Part shown: positions 42,835-52,490 of the stretch, piece by piece
Position numbering within the stretch: the first letter of the stretch is position 1
How the letters are laid out: every line of letters starts with the position of its first letter
DNA from: Alphaproteobacteria bacterium
Lineage (GTDB): Bacteria; Pseudomonadota; Alphaproteobacteria; JAXMDU01
Assembly: GCA_046348645.1 (NCBI GenBank)
Contig: JAXMDU010000007.1
Span: 77,399 to 141,398 of the forward strand
Reading direction: 5' to 3'
Length of the DNA: 64,000 nucleotides
Position numbers and translations under genes: made by a program
Notes under the pieces: model-generated
The model's database searches: none
Told to the model about the DNA's origin: nothing
What the model saw: the letters and a program-made list of their open reading frames with translations, nothing else

Positions 42835-42845
42835 GAGTCCTGGTA

Positions 42846-42871
42846 ATGACGTGTCATCCCATGACGTGTCA
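42846..42871. promoter_or_regulatory. two direct copies of atgacgtgtca, 15 bp apart, abutting the start codon at 42874
   Basis: Exact 11-mers at 42846-42856 and 42861-42871. This is a possible operator or translational control site. Function unknown. Confidence 0.4.
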
Positions 42872-42873
42872 CC

Positions 42874-43314
42874 ATGACCGATGAGCGGGACCTTCGTGAA
42901 AAGCTCCGCAAGATCGAGGCCTTGTTTGCCGGGGCCGCCACCGCTGGCGAGCGCGATGCAGCCGGTGCGGCCGCCGAGCGCATTCGCGCTCGGCTCGCAG
43001 GGCTTGCCGGCGCCGAAAAATCGGTCGAAACCCGATTCTCGATTTCGGATGGCTGGTCACGCCAGCTTTTCATCGCCCTTTGCCGGCGGTATGGCATCAG
43101 CCCCTTCCGGTATCGCGGGATGCACAAACAGACAATCCTGGTCCGCGCGCCGCGCAGCTTTGTGAAACAGGTTCTCTGGCCCGAATTCCAGGAACTGAAC
43201 AAGGCGCTGGTCGGCTATCTCGGCGAAATCACCGAGCGGCTGATACGGGACGAGGTTCACGGCGAGACCGGCGAGGCCGACGAAGTGGATGAACCGAAGC
43301 GGGTTGGCCGGTAA
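42874..43314 (+). CDS. conserved hypothetical protein (DUF2786-like N-terminus)
   Basis: 146 aa. LREKLRKIEALFAGAATAGERDAAGAAAERIRARL resembles the DUF2786 helix pair. The remainder is unassigned. Confidence 0.55.
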   Translation: MTDERDLREKLRKIEALFAGAATAGERDAAGAAAERIRARLAGLAGAEKSVETRFSISDGWSRQLFIALCRRYGISPFRYRGMHKQTILVRAPRSFVKQVLWPEFQELNKALVGYLGEITERLIRDEVHGETGEADEVDEPKRVGR

Positions 43315-43423
43315 TGGTGCGGCCGGTTGCCGCCTGGGCAGGTGGTCTGTTGTGAGACGGCGGAAAAATAACTAGGATCCGTGCCAGCCGAATTCGCGTC
43401 GTAGAACCAAGGGAGCGGGCAAG

Positions 43424-44473
43424 ATGGTCATTCGTCAAATGATAGTGGGCGCTGCGTCGGGCGCCGCCCTGATGGGGGTATCGCTGCTGGCCGGAGCGGC
43501 GTCGGCGGCCAGGGTCGATGGCCCAGCCGTGCAGTGGGACATGGCCATGTACGGCCCGCCGCGCAGCGTGACCGTTCTGCTTGATCAGATTGCCAAGCTG
43601 ACCGATGAAGCCACCGACGGCAAATTCAAGATCAAGGTCCATTACGGCGCGACCCTTGCACCGGAAAAAGAAGTGCTGGATGGCTTGTCGATCGGCGCCT
43701 TCCAGTCGGGCTGGGTCGTGGTCAGCTATGCGCCGGGCAAGCTTACGGGCGTGACCGGCCTTGATCTGCCATTCATTCCGGTCACCACGCTGGATAGCGT
43801 GGCGCAGGTGCAGCGGGCGTATCTGGCGCTGCCCGAGATCGCCAACGACTACAAGCGCTGGGGCACCGTGGCCCTGGTACCCTGTCCGATCCCGTTCTAC
43901 GAGTTCATGGGCAAGGGCAAGGGGCTGCGATCGGTCGCCGACTTCAAGGGCCAGCGCCTGCGTGTCCTGGGCGGGCTTGGTGAATCACTCCGGCTGGTCG
44001 GGGCGGTCCCGGCGAACTTCACGTCGCCCGATCTCTACCCGTCTCTTGATCGCGGCATGCTGGATGCCGCTGCCCTGGGCTATTACGCATTCGACACGTG
44101 GAAGCTGCCTGAAATCTCGACCTGGTTCTCGAAGGGATTGGCGCTGACGCCGCCGATTTCGACGGTCACTCTCAATCAGAAGGCGTTCGACAGCCTGCCG
44201 CCGCAATACCAGAAACTGCTTGGCGAGGTCTCGCTCGTTGCGGCCGGCGCGCAGATGAAGGTGCTGATCGAAGAGGACGACAAGGCGGAAGCGAACTTTC
44301 TGAAGCGCGGCCTTACCCGCATGGAATTCCCGGCCGACGAGCGCGTCAAGCTGGTTGAAGCCGCTGGCAAGCCGGTGCACGAGAAATGGGCCGAGGATGT
44401 CACGGCCAAGGGCTACCAGGGGCGCAAGCTGCTGGACTTCATCCTCGCGACCGCCAAGAAGGCAGGCTCGTAG
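43424..44473 (+). CDS. TRAP transporter substrate-binding protein (DctP-like), orphan
   Basis: 349 aa with a signal peptide and ADFKGQRLRVLGG. Paralogous to the ORFs at 22442, 48978 and 51383. Confidence 0.8.
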   Translation: MVIRQMIVGAASGAALMGVSLLAGAASAARVDGPAVQWDMAMYGPPRSVTVLLDQIAKLTDEATDGKFKIKVHYGATLAPEKEVLDGLSIGAFQSGWVVVSYAPGKLTGVTGLDLPFIPVTTLDSVAQVQRAYLALPEIANDYKRWGTVALVPCPIPFYEFMGKGKGLRSVADFKGQRLRVLGGLGESLRLVGAVPANFTSPDLYPSLDRGMLDAAALGYYAFDTWKLPEISTWFSKGLALTPPISTVTLNQKAFDSLPPQYQKLLGEVSLVAAGAQMKVLIEEDDKAEANFLKRGLTRMEFPADERVKLVEAAGKPVHEKWAEDVTAKGYQGRKLLDFILATAKKAGS

Positions 44474-44501
44474 TCGGCAAGAGCCCACCGCAATGAATGA
44501 A

Positions 44502-44538
44502 GGGGGCGCGGCCCACAGGCCACGCCCCCTTTTCTTTG
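44502..44538 (+). terminator. Rho-independent terminator
   Basis: The stem gggggcg-ggcc / ggcc-cgccccc (one mismatch, 4-nt loop) is followed by TTTTCTTT. It lies 29 nt after the stop of the ORF at 43424-44473. Confidence 0.75.
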
Positions 44539-44565
44539 CAGCTAACGATTTCTCTCGATCTCGGT

Positions 44566-45687
44566 TTACATCCCCCAGCGGGACGGATCCATCTTGTTGT
44601 AGATCTCGCGATCGAGCATGGCCTGGATCGCGACATAGTCGGTCTTGATCGGCGCCATCAGCTTGGTCCACTTGTCGATCAGCCCGATATAGGTTGCCAC
44701 AAGCTGATCGGAATCCTGCACGCCGTATTTCTCTTTCAGCAGTCCGACAACAGTCTGGGCCTGGACCCTGTCGAATTCCTGGGTCTTGGCCAGCAGATCC
44801 GCAGCCGGCTGGTGGAACTGAACGCCGCGGTCCTTGGCCGGCTGATAGATGGCGATCACTTCCTCGTCATAGGCCTTGATGATCGCGCCAATGCCCGCCG
44901 ACGCGCCCTTGATCATCGCGCTTCGTTCGGCCGTGCTCAGGCCACGCCAGGTTGCTTGGCTGATCGTGAAGATCGATGCCCCTGAAATGATGCCGACCGG
45001 CAGTTCGGTGACGTGCTTTGCCACGTCCCAGAACCCATAGGTCCTGAGGCCGGGCACGTTCTGCACGCCGGCGTCGACCACGCCAGCGCTGAAGCCCTGG
45101 AGCAGGTCCTCGACCGGCATGTTGACGTCCTGGGCCCCCACGAACTTTGCCCATTGGCTGTACGAGCCGCCGCCCGAGCGCATCCGCTTGCCGGCCATCT
45201 CGGCCAGCGTCGTGATCTTGGTCTTGGTGATGAGAACGTAAGAGGGACCGGCATAGCCGGAAAGCTGGGTGATGCCGTTTGCGGCAAGCTCTTTCTGGCA
45301 GCGCGGGCATTGCAGCATTGCGAATTCGGACGAAGCGCCGGCCATGGCGGCGTTCTCCTTGCCCAGATTTTGCAGTTCGGCAATGACCTGCAGGCCAGGC
45401 AGTTCGCCTGGGTAGTAGCTGAAGACCATTACTGCCGAATCGGCGACGCTTTCCTTGAGCGCGGTCAACGAGCCCTTCAGGGGCACCAGGGCGCCGCTGT
45501 GGAATATCTTGGCGGTCAGGCCCTTGTTCGTTTCCTTTTCGATCACATCGGCAAAGGTCGGATAAGCAGCAACCGAGATCGGATGTTTCGGACCGACGCC
45601 AATCGAAACCTTGATATCCTTGGCATCGGCGTTTGTCGCGAAGGCGAAGGCCGCTGTGGCGGCAATCAACAAGGCTGTTTTTCGCAT
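44566..45687 (-). CDS. TRAP-type substrate-binding protein (more divergent DctP-like), orphan
   Basis: Start at the ATG at 45687 (MRKTALLIAATAAFAFATNADA signal peptide). It has a periplasmic binding-protein-like body and no adjacent permease genes. Confidence 0.7.
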   Translation of the reverse strand: MRKTALLIAATAAFAFATNADAKDIKVSIGVGPKHPISVAAYPTFADVIEKETNKGLTAKIFHSGALVPLKGSLTALKESVADSAVMVFSYYPGELPGLQVIAELQNLGKENAAMAGASSEFAMLQCPRCQKELAANGITQLSGYAGPSYVLITKTKITTLAEMAGKRMRSGGGSYSQWAKFVGAQDVNMPVEDLLQGFSAGVVDAGVQNVPGLRTYGFWDVAKHVTELPVGIISGASIFTISQATWRGLSTAERSAMIKGASAGIGAIIKAYDEEVIAIYQPAKDRGVQFHQPAADLLAKTQEFDRVQAQTVVGLLKEKYGVQDSDQLVATYIGLIDKWTKLMAPIKTDYVAIQAMLDREIYNKMDPSRWGM

Positions 45688-45820
45688 GGCCGGATGTCCT
45701 TTCATCGGTTCGCACCTGGCCGCCGGGCGGGCGGCTCCATCCCCTTGAGAAGGTTATTGTTTGCTCAAAGGCTAACACAGGGTGTGGGGTGCGACAACGG
45801 CGGCACCCGCTGCGTTCGAC

Positions 45821-46672
45821 CTAGTTCAGTTCAACCAGGCCGTGATCGATCACGATTGCGTTTCGTGCCGCAACGGTCGAGCGGAACGAGATGATCTGGC
45901 CGTCTTTCCACATGTCGGTCCGGATCAGGTCGCCCGGTGTCACCGGTTTTGTGAAGCGGCACTGGATGGCCCTGATCCGGCTCGTATCGTAATCGCAGAC
46001 GGTCCGCAGCACGGCATGGGTGGCAATTGCCATGGTGGCAAGGCCATGCAGGATCGTGCCCGGGAATCCGTTCGCCTTGGCAAAGACCGGATCGACATGG
46101 ACCGGGTGGTGATCGCCCATGAGGCGGAAGATCAGGGCCTGCTGCGGTATGGTCGGCAGGTTGCAGGAAAGGTCGGGCGCACGCTCAGGGATCGGGTGGG
46201 GCGGCAGGGCCGGCGTGTTGGCGCCGCCAAAGCCGCCCTGGCCACGGGCCATGATGGTATTGATCTGGCGGCTGATATGGGCGCCGGTTTTCTTGTCCCA
46301 GATATCGCGCTGGGTATGGACCAGGGCACCCTTGCCAGGGCCCTTGTCGTCGACGCCGGTGACGATCGAGCGGGTATGAACCGTGCCGGCGATCGGCATG
46401 GGGGCCAGGACCTCCATGCGCTTCGAGGCATGGACCACACGGCCGGGTTCAAGGCCGGCGGAACCAAGCCACCAGCCAGGATGGCCGATGGCCATGGCAA
46501 TCGTCGGCAGCGCAACCAGGTCGCGTTCGTAGACGAACGGCAGCTGGCGCAGGTCGGACGGATCGTAGCCAAGTCCGGCGCCAATCGCATACAGGATCGT
46601 ATCGCGGACCGTGTAGGTGATGTCTTCTTCCTTCGGTGGAAAGTTCTTCAGCCGTTCATGGATGATTGCCAT
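45821..46672 (-). CDS. MaoC-like (R)-hydratase/dehydratase, double hot-dog
   Basis: Start at the ATG at 46672 (MAIIHERLKNFPPKEE). The C-terminal hot-dog has HPVHVDPVFAKANGFPGTILHG. Confidence 0.82.
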   Translation of the reverse strand: MAIIHERLKNFPPKEEDITYTVRDTILYAIGAGLGYDPSDLRQLPFVYERDLVALPTIAMAIGHPGWWLGSAGLEPGRVVHASKRMEVLAPMPIAGTVHTRSIVTGVDDKGPGKGALVHTQRDIWDKKTGAHISRQINTIMARGQGGFGGANTPALPPHPIPERAPDLSCNLPTIPQQALIFRLMGDHHPVHVDPVFAKANGFPGTILHGLATMAIATHAVLRTVCDYDTSRIRAIQCRFTKPVTPGDLIRTDMWKDGQIISFRSTVAARNAIVIDHGLVELN

Positions 46673-46703
46673 GGTGTCGCTCCTCTGCGGGGCAGTGATA
46701 AAT

Positions 46704-47357
46704 CTATCGCCGGGTTCGCGCGCCAGCCGCTGGCGGGCGGCCCCCGGGGCGGGCCGATTTCGTGCCCGCTGCATGAACGATATCCATCGTCATGCCGACA
46801 TAAAGGTCCGCCAGGTCATCGGGGCTGAGCCGCCCACGCGGGTGGTACCAGCGTGAAATGCCGATGCACAGCCCAAGGATAGCAAGCGCGGCGATGTGCG
46901 GGTCGGGGATGGTAAAGGCGCCTGTCGCCGAGCCATCGGCCAGGATCTTGTGCAGCACGGCGTCGTATCGGTCGCGCAGTCGCACCACGCCGCGATAGCG
47001 GGCGCCCGTCAGGCGGCGCAGCTCGTTCCGGCCGATGCTGGTTTCCTTGCGATAGGTCGAGTTGATCTCGACGCTGTAGCGGACGAACCCGGCAAGTTGC
47101 GAAATCGGATCGGATGGGGCATCGGCCAGACGGCGGGTCACCTCGTCAAGCCTGGTCTCGGCCGTTTCGCGGCAGATGAAGTAGAGAAGGTCTTCCTTGT
47201 TCTTGATGTAGTTGTAAAGCGACGCCGGCTGCATGCCGATCTTGTTGGCGATATCGCGCAGGCTGGCCCCGGTGAACCCCTTGCGATAGATCAGATCAAG
47301 GCTGGCCTTGCGTATGGCCTGTCGGGTCTTCTTGCCGTCAGAACCGGGCGTTCTCAT
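46704..47357 (-). CDS. TetR family transcriptional regulator
   Basis: 217 aa with the HTH region KKTRQAIRKASLDLIYRKGFTGASLRDIANKIGMQPASLYNYIKNKEDLL. Confidence 0.88.
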   Translation of the reverse strand: MRTPGSDGKKTRQAIRKASLDLIYRKGFTGASLRDIANKIGMQPASLYNYIKNKEDLLYFICRETAETRLDEVTRRLADAPSDPISQLAGFVRYSVEINSTYRKETSIGRNELRRLTGARYRGVVRLRDRYDAVLHKILADGSATGAFTIPDPHIAALAILGLCIGISRWYHPRGRLSPDDLADLYVGMTMDIVHAAGTKSARPGGRPPAAGARTRR

Positions 47358-47468
47358 GTCTGGGCTCGCTCCGTGATCTCTGCCGCCTGGGTCCTACGCT
47401 CTCTACACGGCAAACCCTGTGGCGGCCTAGAGGTAATCTTCGCCGCCCGCCGCAGCCGCCTGCCCCTG

Positions 47469-47496
47469 TTGACAGGCCCGAGTTGACAGGCCCGAG
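47469..47496. repeat. perfect 14-bp tandem duplication ttgacaggcccgag x2
   Basis: Units at 47469-47482 and 47483-47496. Each contains TTGACA. Located in the divergent TetR / CoA-transferase intergenic region. Confidence 0.9.
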
Positions 47497-47518
47497 CGGC
47501 GAACGATAGCCTTATATG

Positions 47519-47532
47519 AACAATCGTTTGTT
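47519..47532. promoter_or_regulatory. small inverted repeat AACAA-tcgt-TTGTT (candidate TetR operator)
   Basis: 5-bp arms with a 4-bp spacer, in an AT-richer patch between the TetR gene and the CoA-transferase gene. Weak evidence. Confidence 0.3.
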
Positions 47533-47589
47533 TTTCAGGCCGGCTCTCCCCCGGGGATCGGCATCGCCAGGAAAAGGAACACAGGCGGA

Positions 47590-48807
47590 ATGTCGACCGT
47601 CGCACCCGGGTCATTGTCCGGATTCCGGATCATCGATTTCACGACCATGGTGGCGGGGCCGCTGTGCGCCCAGATCATGGGCGACTTCGGCGCCGACGTC
47701 ATCAAGGTCGAATCGATCCACGGCGAGGATGGCCGGCGGCTGGGTGCCGGCCGATACCGGGGCGATTCGACCGCCTATTACGCCGGCATGCACCGCAACA
47801 AGCGGACCATCAGTCTTGATCTTGCCCGGCCCGAAGGGCGCGACGTCATGCTGGAGCTGCTCAAAGACGCCGATGTCCTGATCCAGGCGGTGAAGCCCGG
47901 CACCATGGAGAAATGGGGTCTTGGCTATGATGAGGTCCTGAAGGAGCGCTTTCCGAAGCTGGTGGTCTGCCGGATCACCGGATTTGGCGACAAGGGAACG
48001 ATGGGCGGCTTGATCGGCTACGACCCGCTCGCCCAGGCCTATAGCGGTGTCCTCAGCATGAATGGCCCGGCCGATGGCGACCCGATGCGTCTTGGCGTGT
48101 CGGCGGTCGATGCCAGTACCGGCCTCTATGCGGCCATCGGGGTTCTGACCGCGCTGCATGAACGCAACGCATCGGGCCGGGGGCAGCTTGTCGACATCTG
48201 CCTGCTGGATGCGGCCTATACATTGATGCATCCCTTCACGGTCCATGCCCTGATGGCCGGCGTGCGGCCGAAGCGGATGGGCAGCCGGCACCCTGATACG
48301 GTCCCCACCGATCTCTATCCAACCCTGGATGGTGCGGTGATGGTCTGCATCCTGAACGATCGCCAGTTCGTGAAGCTGTGCGAAATCTGCGGCCTTGGCG
48401 AGATCGGCAGCGATCCGCGCTACCTCACGTCACAGAACCGGGGCCAGCATGCCGAATTTCTGTTCGGCGCCTTTCGCGCGGCATTTGCGGGCCAGCGCAA
48501 GCACGACATCGCGATGCGATTGCTCAGGGCCGGTGTGCCTGCGGCCCCGGTGCTGGATGTCAACGAGGCGCTGGCCCATCCGCATGTGGCGGAACACGAG
48601 ATGGTCATGGAAGGCGAGCACGGCTATCGGGCGATCGGCAATCCGATCAAGCTTCAGCGGACACCGCCCAGGCTTCACCGTGTCCCGCCAACCCTGGGTG
48701 AACACAGTCGCGAGATCCTTCGCGAGATTGGCATGCCCGAGGACAAGATCACCGCGCTGCTTGATGCGGGCGTGGTGTCGGCCGGTCCGCCAGTCGGCAC
48801 GTCCTGA
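47590..48807 (+). CDS. family III CoA-transferase (CaiB/BaiF type)
   Basis: 405 aa. LSGFRIIDFTTMVAGPLCAQIMGDFGADVIKVE is the typical N-terminus. Confidence 0.88.
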   Translation: MSTVAPGSLSGFRIIDFTTMVAGPLCAQIMGDFGADVIKVESIHGEDGRRLGAGRYRGDSTAYYAGMHRNKRTISLDLARPEGRDVMLELLKDADVLIQAVKPGTMEKWGLGYDEVLKERFPKLVVCRITGFGDKGTMGGLIGYDPLAQAYSGVLSMNGPADGDPMRLGVSAVDASTGLYAAIGVLTALHERNASGRGQLVDICLLDAAYTLMHPFTVHALMAGVRPKRMGSRHPDTVPTDLYPTLDGAVMVCILNDRQFVKLCEICGLGEIGSDPRYLTSQNRGQHAEFLFGAFRAAFAGQRKHDIAMRLLRAGVPAAPVLDVNEALAHPHVAEHEMVMEGEHGYRAIGNPIKLQRTPPRLHRVPPTLGEHSREILREIGMPEDKITALLDAGVVSAGPPVGTS

Positions 48808-48977
48808 ACGCGGTGTGCCCGGGCCGGCCATCCGCTGCCCGCCCTTGACCACGGATCGGATTTCGTGCCCAGAATAATAATTGGGCCACTTTCGTCTGCA
48901 TTTTCGCAACGAACCGTCACCGCTTTCGAACGCGCCTCTCACGCCCGATGGCGCAAGAACGCAGGGGGATCGCACAG

Positions 48978-50042
48978 ATGGCCAATTCGAATGAACGTTT
49001 GTGGTCTGGAACGCTTTGCGCGGTTGCACTTGGAATTGGCTGTCTGGCCGGCGCCGCGCCAGCGATGGCGCAGGCGGTCGTGAATGGCCCGGCGGTTGCC
49101 TGGGACTTCGCCACCCACACGCCGCAGTCGGCGGGATCGATGGCCGGGATCAAGGCGATGGCTGATGCGGTCAGCGCCGCGACGGGCGGCAGGTTCACGA
49201 TCAAGTTCCATTGGGGCGGCACGCTGACGCCGGTCCGTGAAACCGTGGATGCGCTTGGGCTTGGCGCCTTTCAGATGGGGCTGGTTCCCCAGTCGTTCCA
49301 TCCCGGCAAGATTCCGACGACCAACATCTTCGATCTGCCGTTCCTGCAGTTCGGCAATCTCTCGAACCAGGTCAGGGCCGAACGGGCCTATTTCAATCTG
49401 CCAGAAGTCATCGCCGATGCCGCGCGGTGGAACATTCGAATCCTGATGCCGGCGCTTCTTACACCCTATGAACTGTCTGGCCGGGGCAAGCCGCCCGCGC
49501 GCATTGAAGATCTGAAAGGAATGCGGATCCGCGCCTTCGGCGGATTGGCAGAGGCGCTGAAGACGGTCGGTGTCGTGCCCAGCAACATCCCGTCGCCCGA
49601 GATGTACGGCGCGCTCGAGCGCGGCATCGTCGATGGGCTGGTCCTGCCGGCCTATGCGCACAGTGCCTATCGGACCCAGGAACTGGTGAACTGGTACACG
49701 ACAAGCCTGGACCTGGGCACCATCTCGTCTTACGCCTCGATCAATCTGCCGGCCTGGAATGGCCTGCCGGCCGAATACCGGACGCTGATGGAAAATGTGG
49801 TCGATGCGGCGCAGGAGCGCGGCATTCCCGTCATCCTGGCCGACGACAAGAAGGTGCTCGACGAATTCAAGGAGCGGAAGCTTCAGCTTGTCGTCTTCTC
49901 AAAGGCCGAGCGCGACAAGCTGATCGAGATCGGTGCCCGGCCCGTCTGGAACAAGTGGGTTGCCGATATGAATGCGGCCGGCTACCCCGGCCAGAAGCTC
50001 TTGGATTTCCTGCTGGCCGAAGCCGGCAAGGCCACAAACTGA
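48978..50042 (+). CDS. TRAP transporter substrate-binding protein (DctP-like), orphan
   Basis: Start at the ATG at 48978, followed by a signal peptide (LCAVALGIGCLAGAAPAMA). It has EDLKGMRIRAFGG. Paralogue family. Confidence 0.8.
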   Translation: MANSNERLWSGTLCAVALGIGCLAGAAPAMAQAVVNGPAVAWDFATHTPQSAGSMAGIKAMADAVSAATGGRFTIKFHWGGTLTPVRETVDALGLGAFQMGLVPQSFHPGKIPTTNIFDLPFLQFGNLSNQVRAERAYFNLPEVIADAARWNIRILMPALLTPYELSGRGKPPARIEDLKGMRIRAFGGLAEALKTVGVVPSNIPSPEMYGALERGIVDGLVLPAYAHSAYRTQELVNWYTTSLDLGTISSYASINLPAWNGLPAEYRTLMENVVDAAQERGIPVILADDKKVLDEFKERKLQLVVFSKAERDKLIEIGARPVWNKWVADMNAAGYPGQKLLDFLLAEAGKATN

Positions 50043-50183
50043 GGCCCAGGACCGGGTTTGACTGACATACGGTCCGATGGGCCATCAGGCGGGTTGAACC
50101 GCAAGGCCCCGTCGCCTGCATCACGGCAGCGATGGGGCCTGTTATTTTTCGCGTGTGACTGAATGAACGAGGGACGATCAGGA

Positions 50184-51245
50184 ATGACCAAGACCGCCGT
50201 CATTGCCGGGGCGAATGGGATTGCCGGGCGCAGCGTGGCCGAGCTTTTGACCGAGAGGTCGGATTGGCGGGTGATCGCTCTCTCGCGCCAGGCCTCCAGG
50301 CTTGCGCCGATCGGCACCGAGGTCCGGCTCGACCTGCGGGATCGTGCGGCCTGTCAGGATGCGGCGCCCCGGTTCGCGGGTGTAACCCATGTCTTTTTCG
50401 CCGCGCGCTGGGACGATCCCGACCTTGCCCGTGAACGCGACCAAAATCTGGCCATGCTCGTCAATCTGGTCGAGGCGGTCGAACGGTCGTCCGCCACGCT
50501 GTGCCATGTCAGTCTTGTGCATGGCACCAAATGGTATGGAAGCTCGCATTACGCGGGGTACTCGGGCTTCAAGACGCCGGCCAGCGAGGATGATCCGCCG
50601 CACGAACCGCGGAATTTCTATCATGCGCAGCAGGACTATGTCGTGGCGCGGCAGAAGGATGCGCGCTGGACATGGTCGGCCGTGCGGCCCCATACGATCT
50701 GTGGCGTTTCGGTCGGCTACGCCCACAACTTTCCGCTGCTGCTTGCCGCCTATGCCGCGATCTGCAAACACCTGGGTCGGCCGTTCAGCTTTCCGGGCTC
50801 GCAGGCCTGCTACGACACGGTCGGGCAGGCCACCGATGCCATGATGCTGGCCCGCTGCATGCTGTGGGCGGCAACGACACCGGCCTGTGCGAACCAGGCC
50901 TTCAATGTCATCAACAGCGATTACTATCGCTGGCGGAACCTGTGGCCGGAAATTGCCGCCTGGTTCGGGCTCGAGCCGGGACCGGTGCAGACCCTGTCGA
51001 TGGTCGACTTCATGGCCGACAAGGAACCGGTCTGGAACGAGATTGTTGTCCGGCATGCGCTTCGGCCGACCCCGTTCTCGGACCTGGGTGCCTGGAAATT
51101 CATGGATGGTGTCCTGCGTTCCGGCAACGATGACATGTCGTCAACCGTGAAGATGCGCCGGTTCGGCTTCAACGAGGTCATCGCCACCCGCGAGATGTAT
51201 GTCGCCCTGTTCCAGCGCATGCGGGATCAGCGCCTGATCCCGTGA
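50184..51245 (+). CDS. atypical extended SDR / NAD-dependent epimerase-dehydratase-like (PRISE-like enone reductase family)
   Basis: MTKTAVIAGANGIAGRSV Rossmann start. The body (VTHVFFAARWDD..., NFYHAQQDY...) resembles progesterone-5beta-reductase-like SDRs. Recognised by eye. Confidence 0.7.
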   Translation: MTKTAVIAGANGIAGRSVAELLTERSDWRVIALSRQASRLAPIGTEVRLDLRDRAACQDAAPRFAGVTHVFFAARWDDPDLARERDQNLAMLVNLVEAVERSSATLCHVSLVHGTKWYGSSHYAGYSGFKTPASEDDPPHEPRNFYHAQQDYVVARQKDARWTWSAVRPHTICGVSVGYAHNFPLLLAAYAAICKHLGRPFSFPGSQACYDTVGQATDAMMLARCMLWAATTPACANQAFNVINSDYYRWRNLWPEIAAWFGLEPGPVQTLSMVDFMADKEPVWNEIVVRHALRPTPFSDLGAWKFMDGVLRSGNDDMSSTVKMRRFGFNEVIATREMYVALFQRMRDQRLIP

Positions 51246-51382
51246 TGCCGGCCCAAAGGGGCCCGAGGATGGGGCGAATACCCCCTGGACGGGTCAGCCG
51301 GTCTGCGCCATTCTTTGGCCGAACGTTTGTTTGGAATTGGCCCGGCCGATGGTCGGCTGTGGGCCCAAATGCAGGAGGACCC

Positions 51383-52444
51383 ATGAGCAGTTGCGTCGGC
51401 GGGCGGCTTGGTCTCACGATCGGAGCCGCTGCGTTCTTGGCGATTGGCGCGGTGCCGGCCTTGGCGGCGCAGGTGGATGGACCCAAGGTCAACTGGAACC
51501 TTTCCACCTTTACTAAAGAGGGACGTGGCATCGCCTCGGTCTTTTCCGAGACCGAAGGTCTGCCCATGCTGGTTGGCAAGGCGACCGACGGCAATTTCAA
51601 GATCAAGGTGCACTACAGCGAGGCCTTGGCGCCAGCCAAAGAGCACCTGGACAGCCTGAAGATCGGCGCCTTCGAGATGGGGCTTTTTTCGGCCTCGCTG
51701 GCTCCGGGCAAGATGCCGCTCTATACGGCCTTCGACCTACCGTTTCTGCCGCTTGGCGATGTCGCCGTCCAGGCGCGGGTGATGCTGGCCTATTACCGCC
51801 TGCCCGAGGCGATCAAGGAGGCCGAACTCTGGAACGTCCGCTTGTTGCTGCCGGGTCTGCTGCCAGCCTATGAGGCGATGGGCAAGGGCAAGCCACCCCA
51901 GAACATTGCTGACTTCAAGGGGCTGCGGGTGCGGGCGATCGGCGGGCAAGGGGAAGCCATGCGCAAGGTGGGTGCCGTTCCCACCACCATGGTGACGTCC
52001 GAGGTCTATGGGGCGCTCGAGCGCGGCATCATCGATGCCGCCATGTTCCCGTTCTATGCGACCCACAGCTACAAGCTTTACGAAGTCTCGAACTGGTACA
52101 CCACCAACCTGGCGCTCGGTGTCGGCGCCTCGGTCGTGCCGGTGAACCTCAAGGCATGGAACGACCTGCCGCCCCAATATCGGAAACTGATCGACGATTC
52201 GGTCGCCGAGGCGGTGAGCAATGGTGTCAAGGCGTTCGCCGACATGCAGGCCGTGGCCGTCAACGCCTTCAGCCAGAAGAAGCTTACCCCCATCACCTTC
52301 TCGACGGCGGACGTCGAGCAGTTTACCCAGCAGGGTGGCCGGCCTGTCTGGGATGCCTGGGTCAAGGAAATGGAAGCAAAGGGCCTTCCCGGCCGGAAGG
52401 TTCTCGATTTCATTCTGGCCGAGGCCAAGAAAGCCGGAAGCTGA
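51383..52444 (+). CDS. TRAP transporter substrate-binding protein (DctP-like), orphan
   Basis: An AGGAGG RBS precedes the ATG at 51383. It has a signal peptide and ADFKGLRVRAIGG. Paralogue family. Confidence 0.8.
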   Translation: MSSCVGGRLGLTIGAAAFLAIGAVPALAAQVDGPKVNWNLSTFTKEGRGIASVFSETEGLPMLVGKATDGNFKIKVHYSEALAPAKEHLDSLKIGAFEMGLFSASLAPGKMPLYTAFDLPFLPLGDVAVQARVMLAYYRLPEAIKEAELWNVRLLLPGLLPAYEAMGKGKPPQNIADFKGLRVRAIGGQGEAMRKVGAVPTTMVTSEVYGALERGIIDAAMFPFYATHSYKLYEVSNWYTTNLALGVGASVVPVNLKAWNDLPPQYRKLIDDSVAEAVSNGVKAFADMQAVAVNAFSQKKLTPITFSTADVEQFTQQGGRPVWDAWVKEMEAKGLPGRKVLDFILAEAKKAGS

Positions 52445-52490
52445 AGATCGCGGGGAAGCCCGTACGGACGGCTGCCCCGTTGCCGAGACG

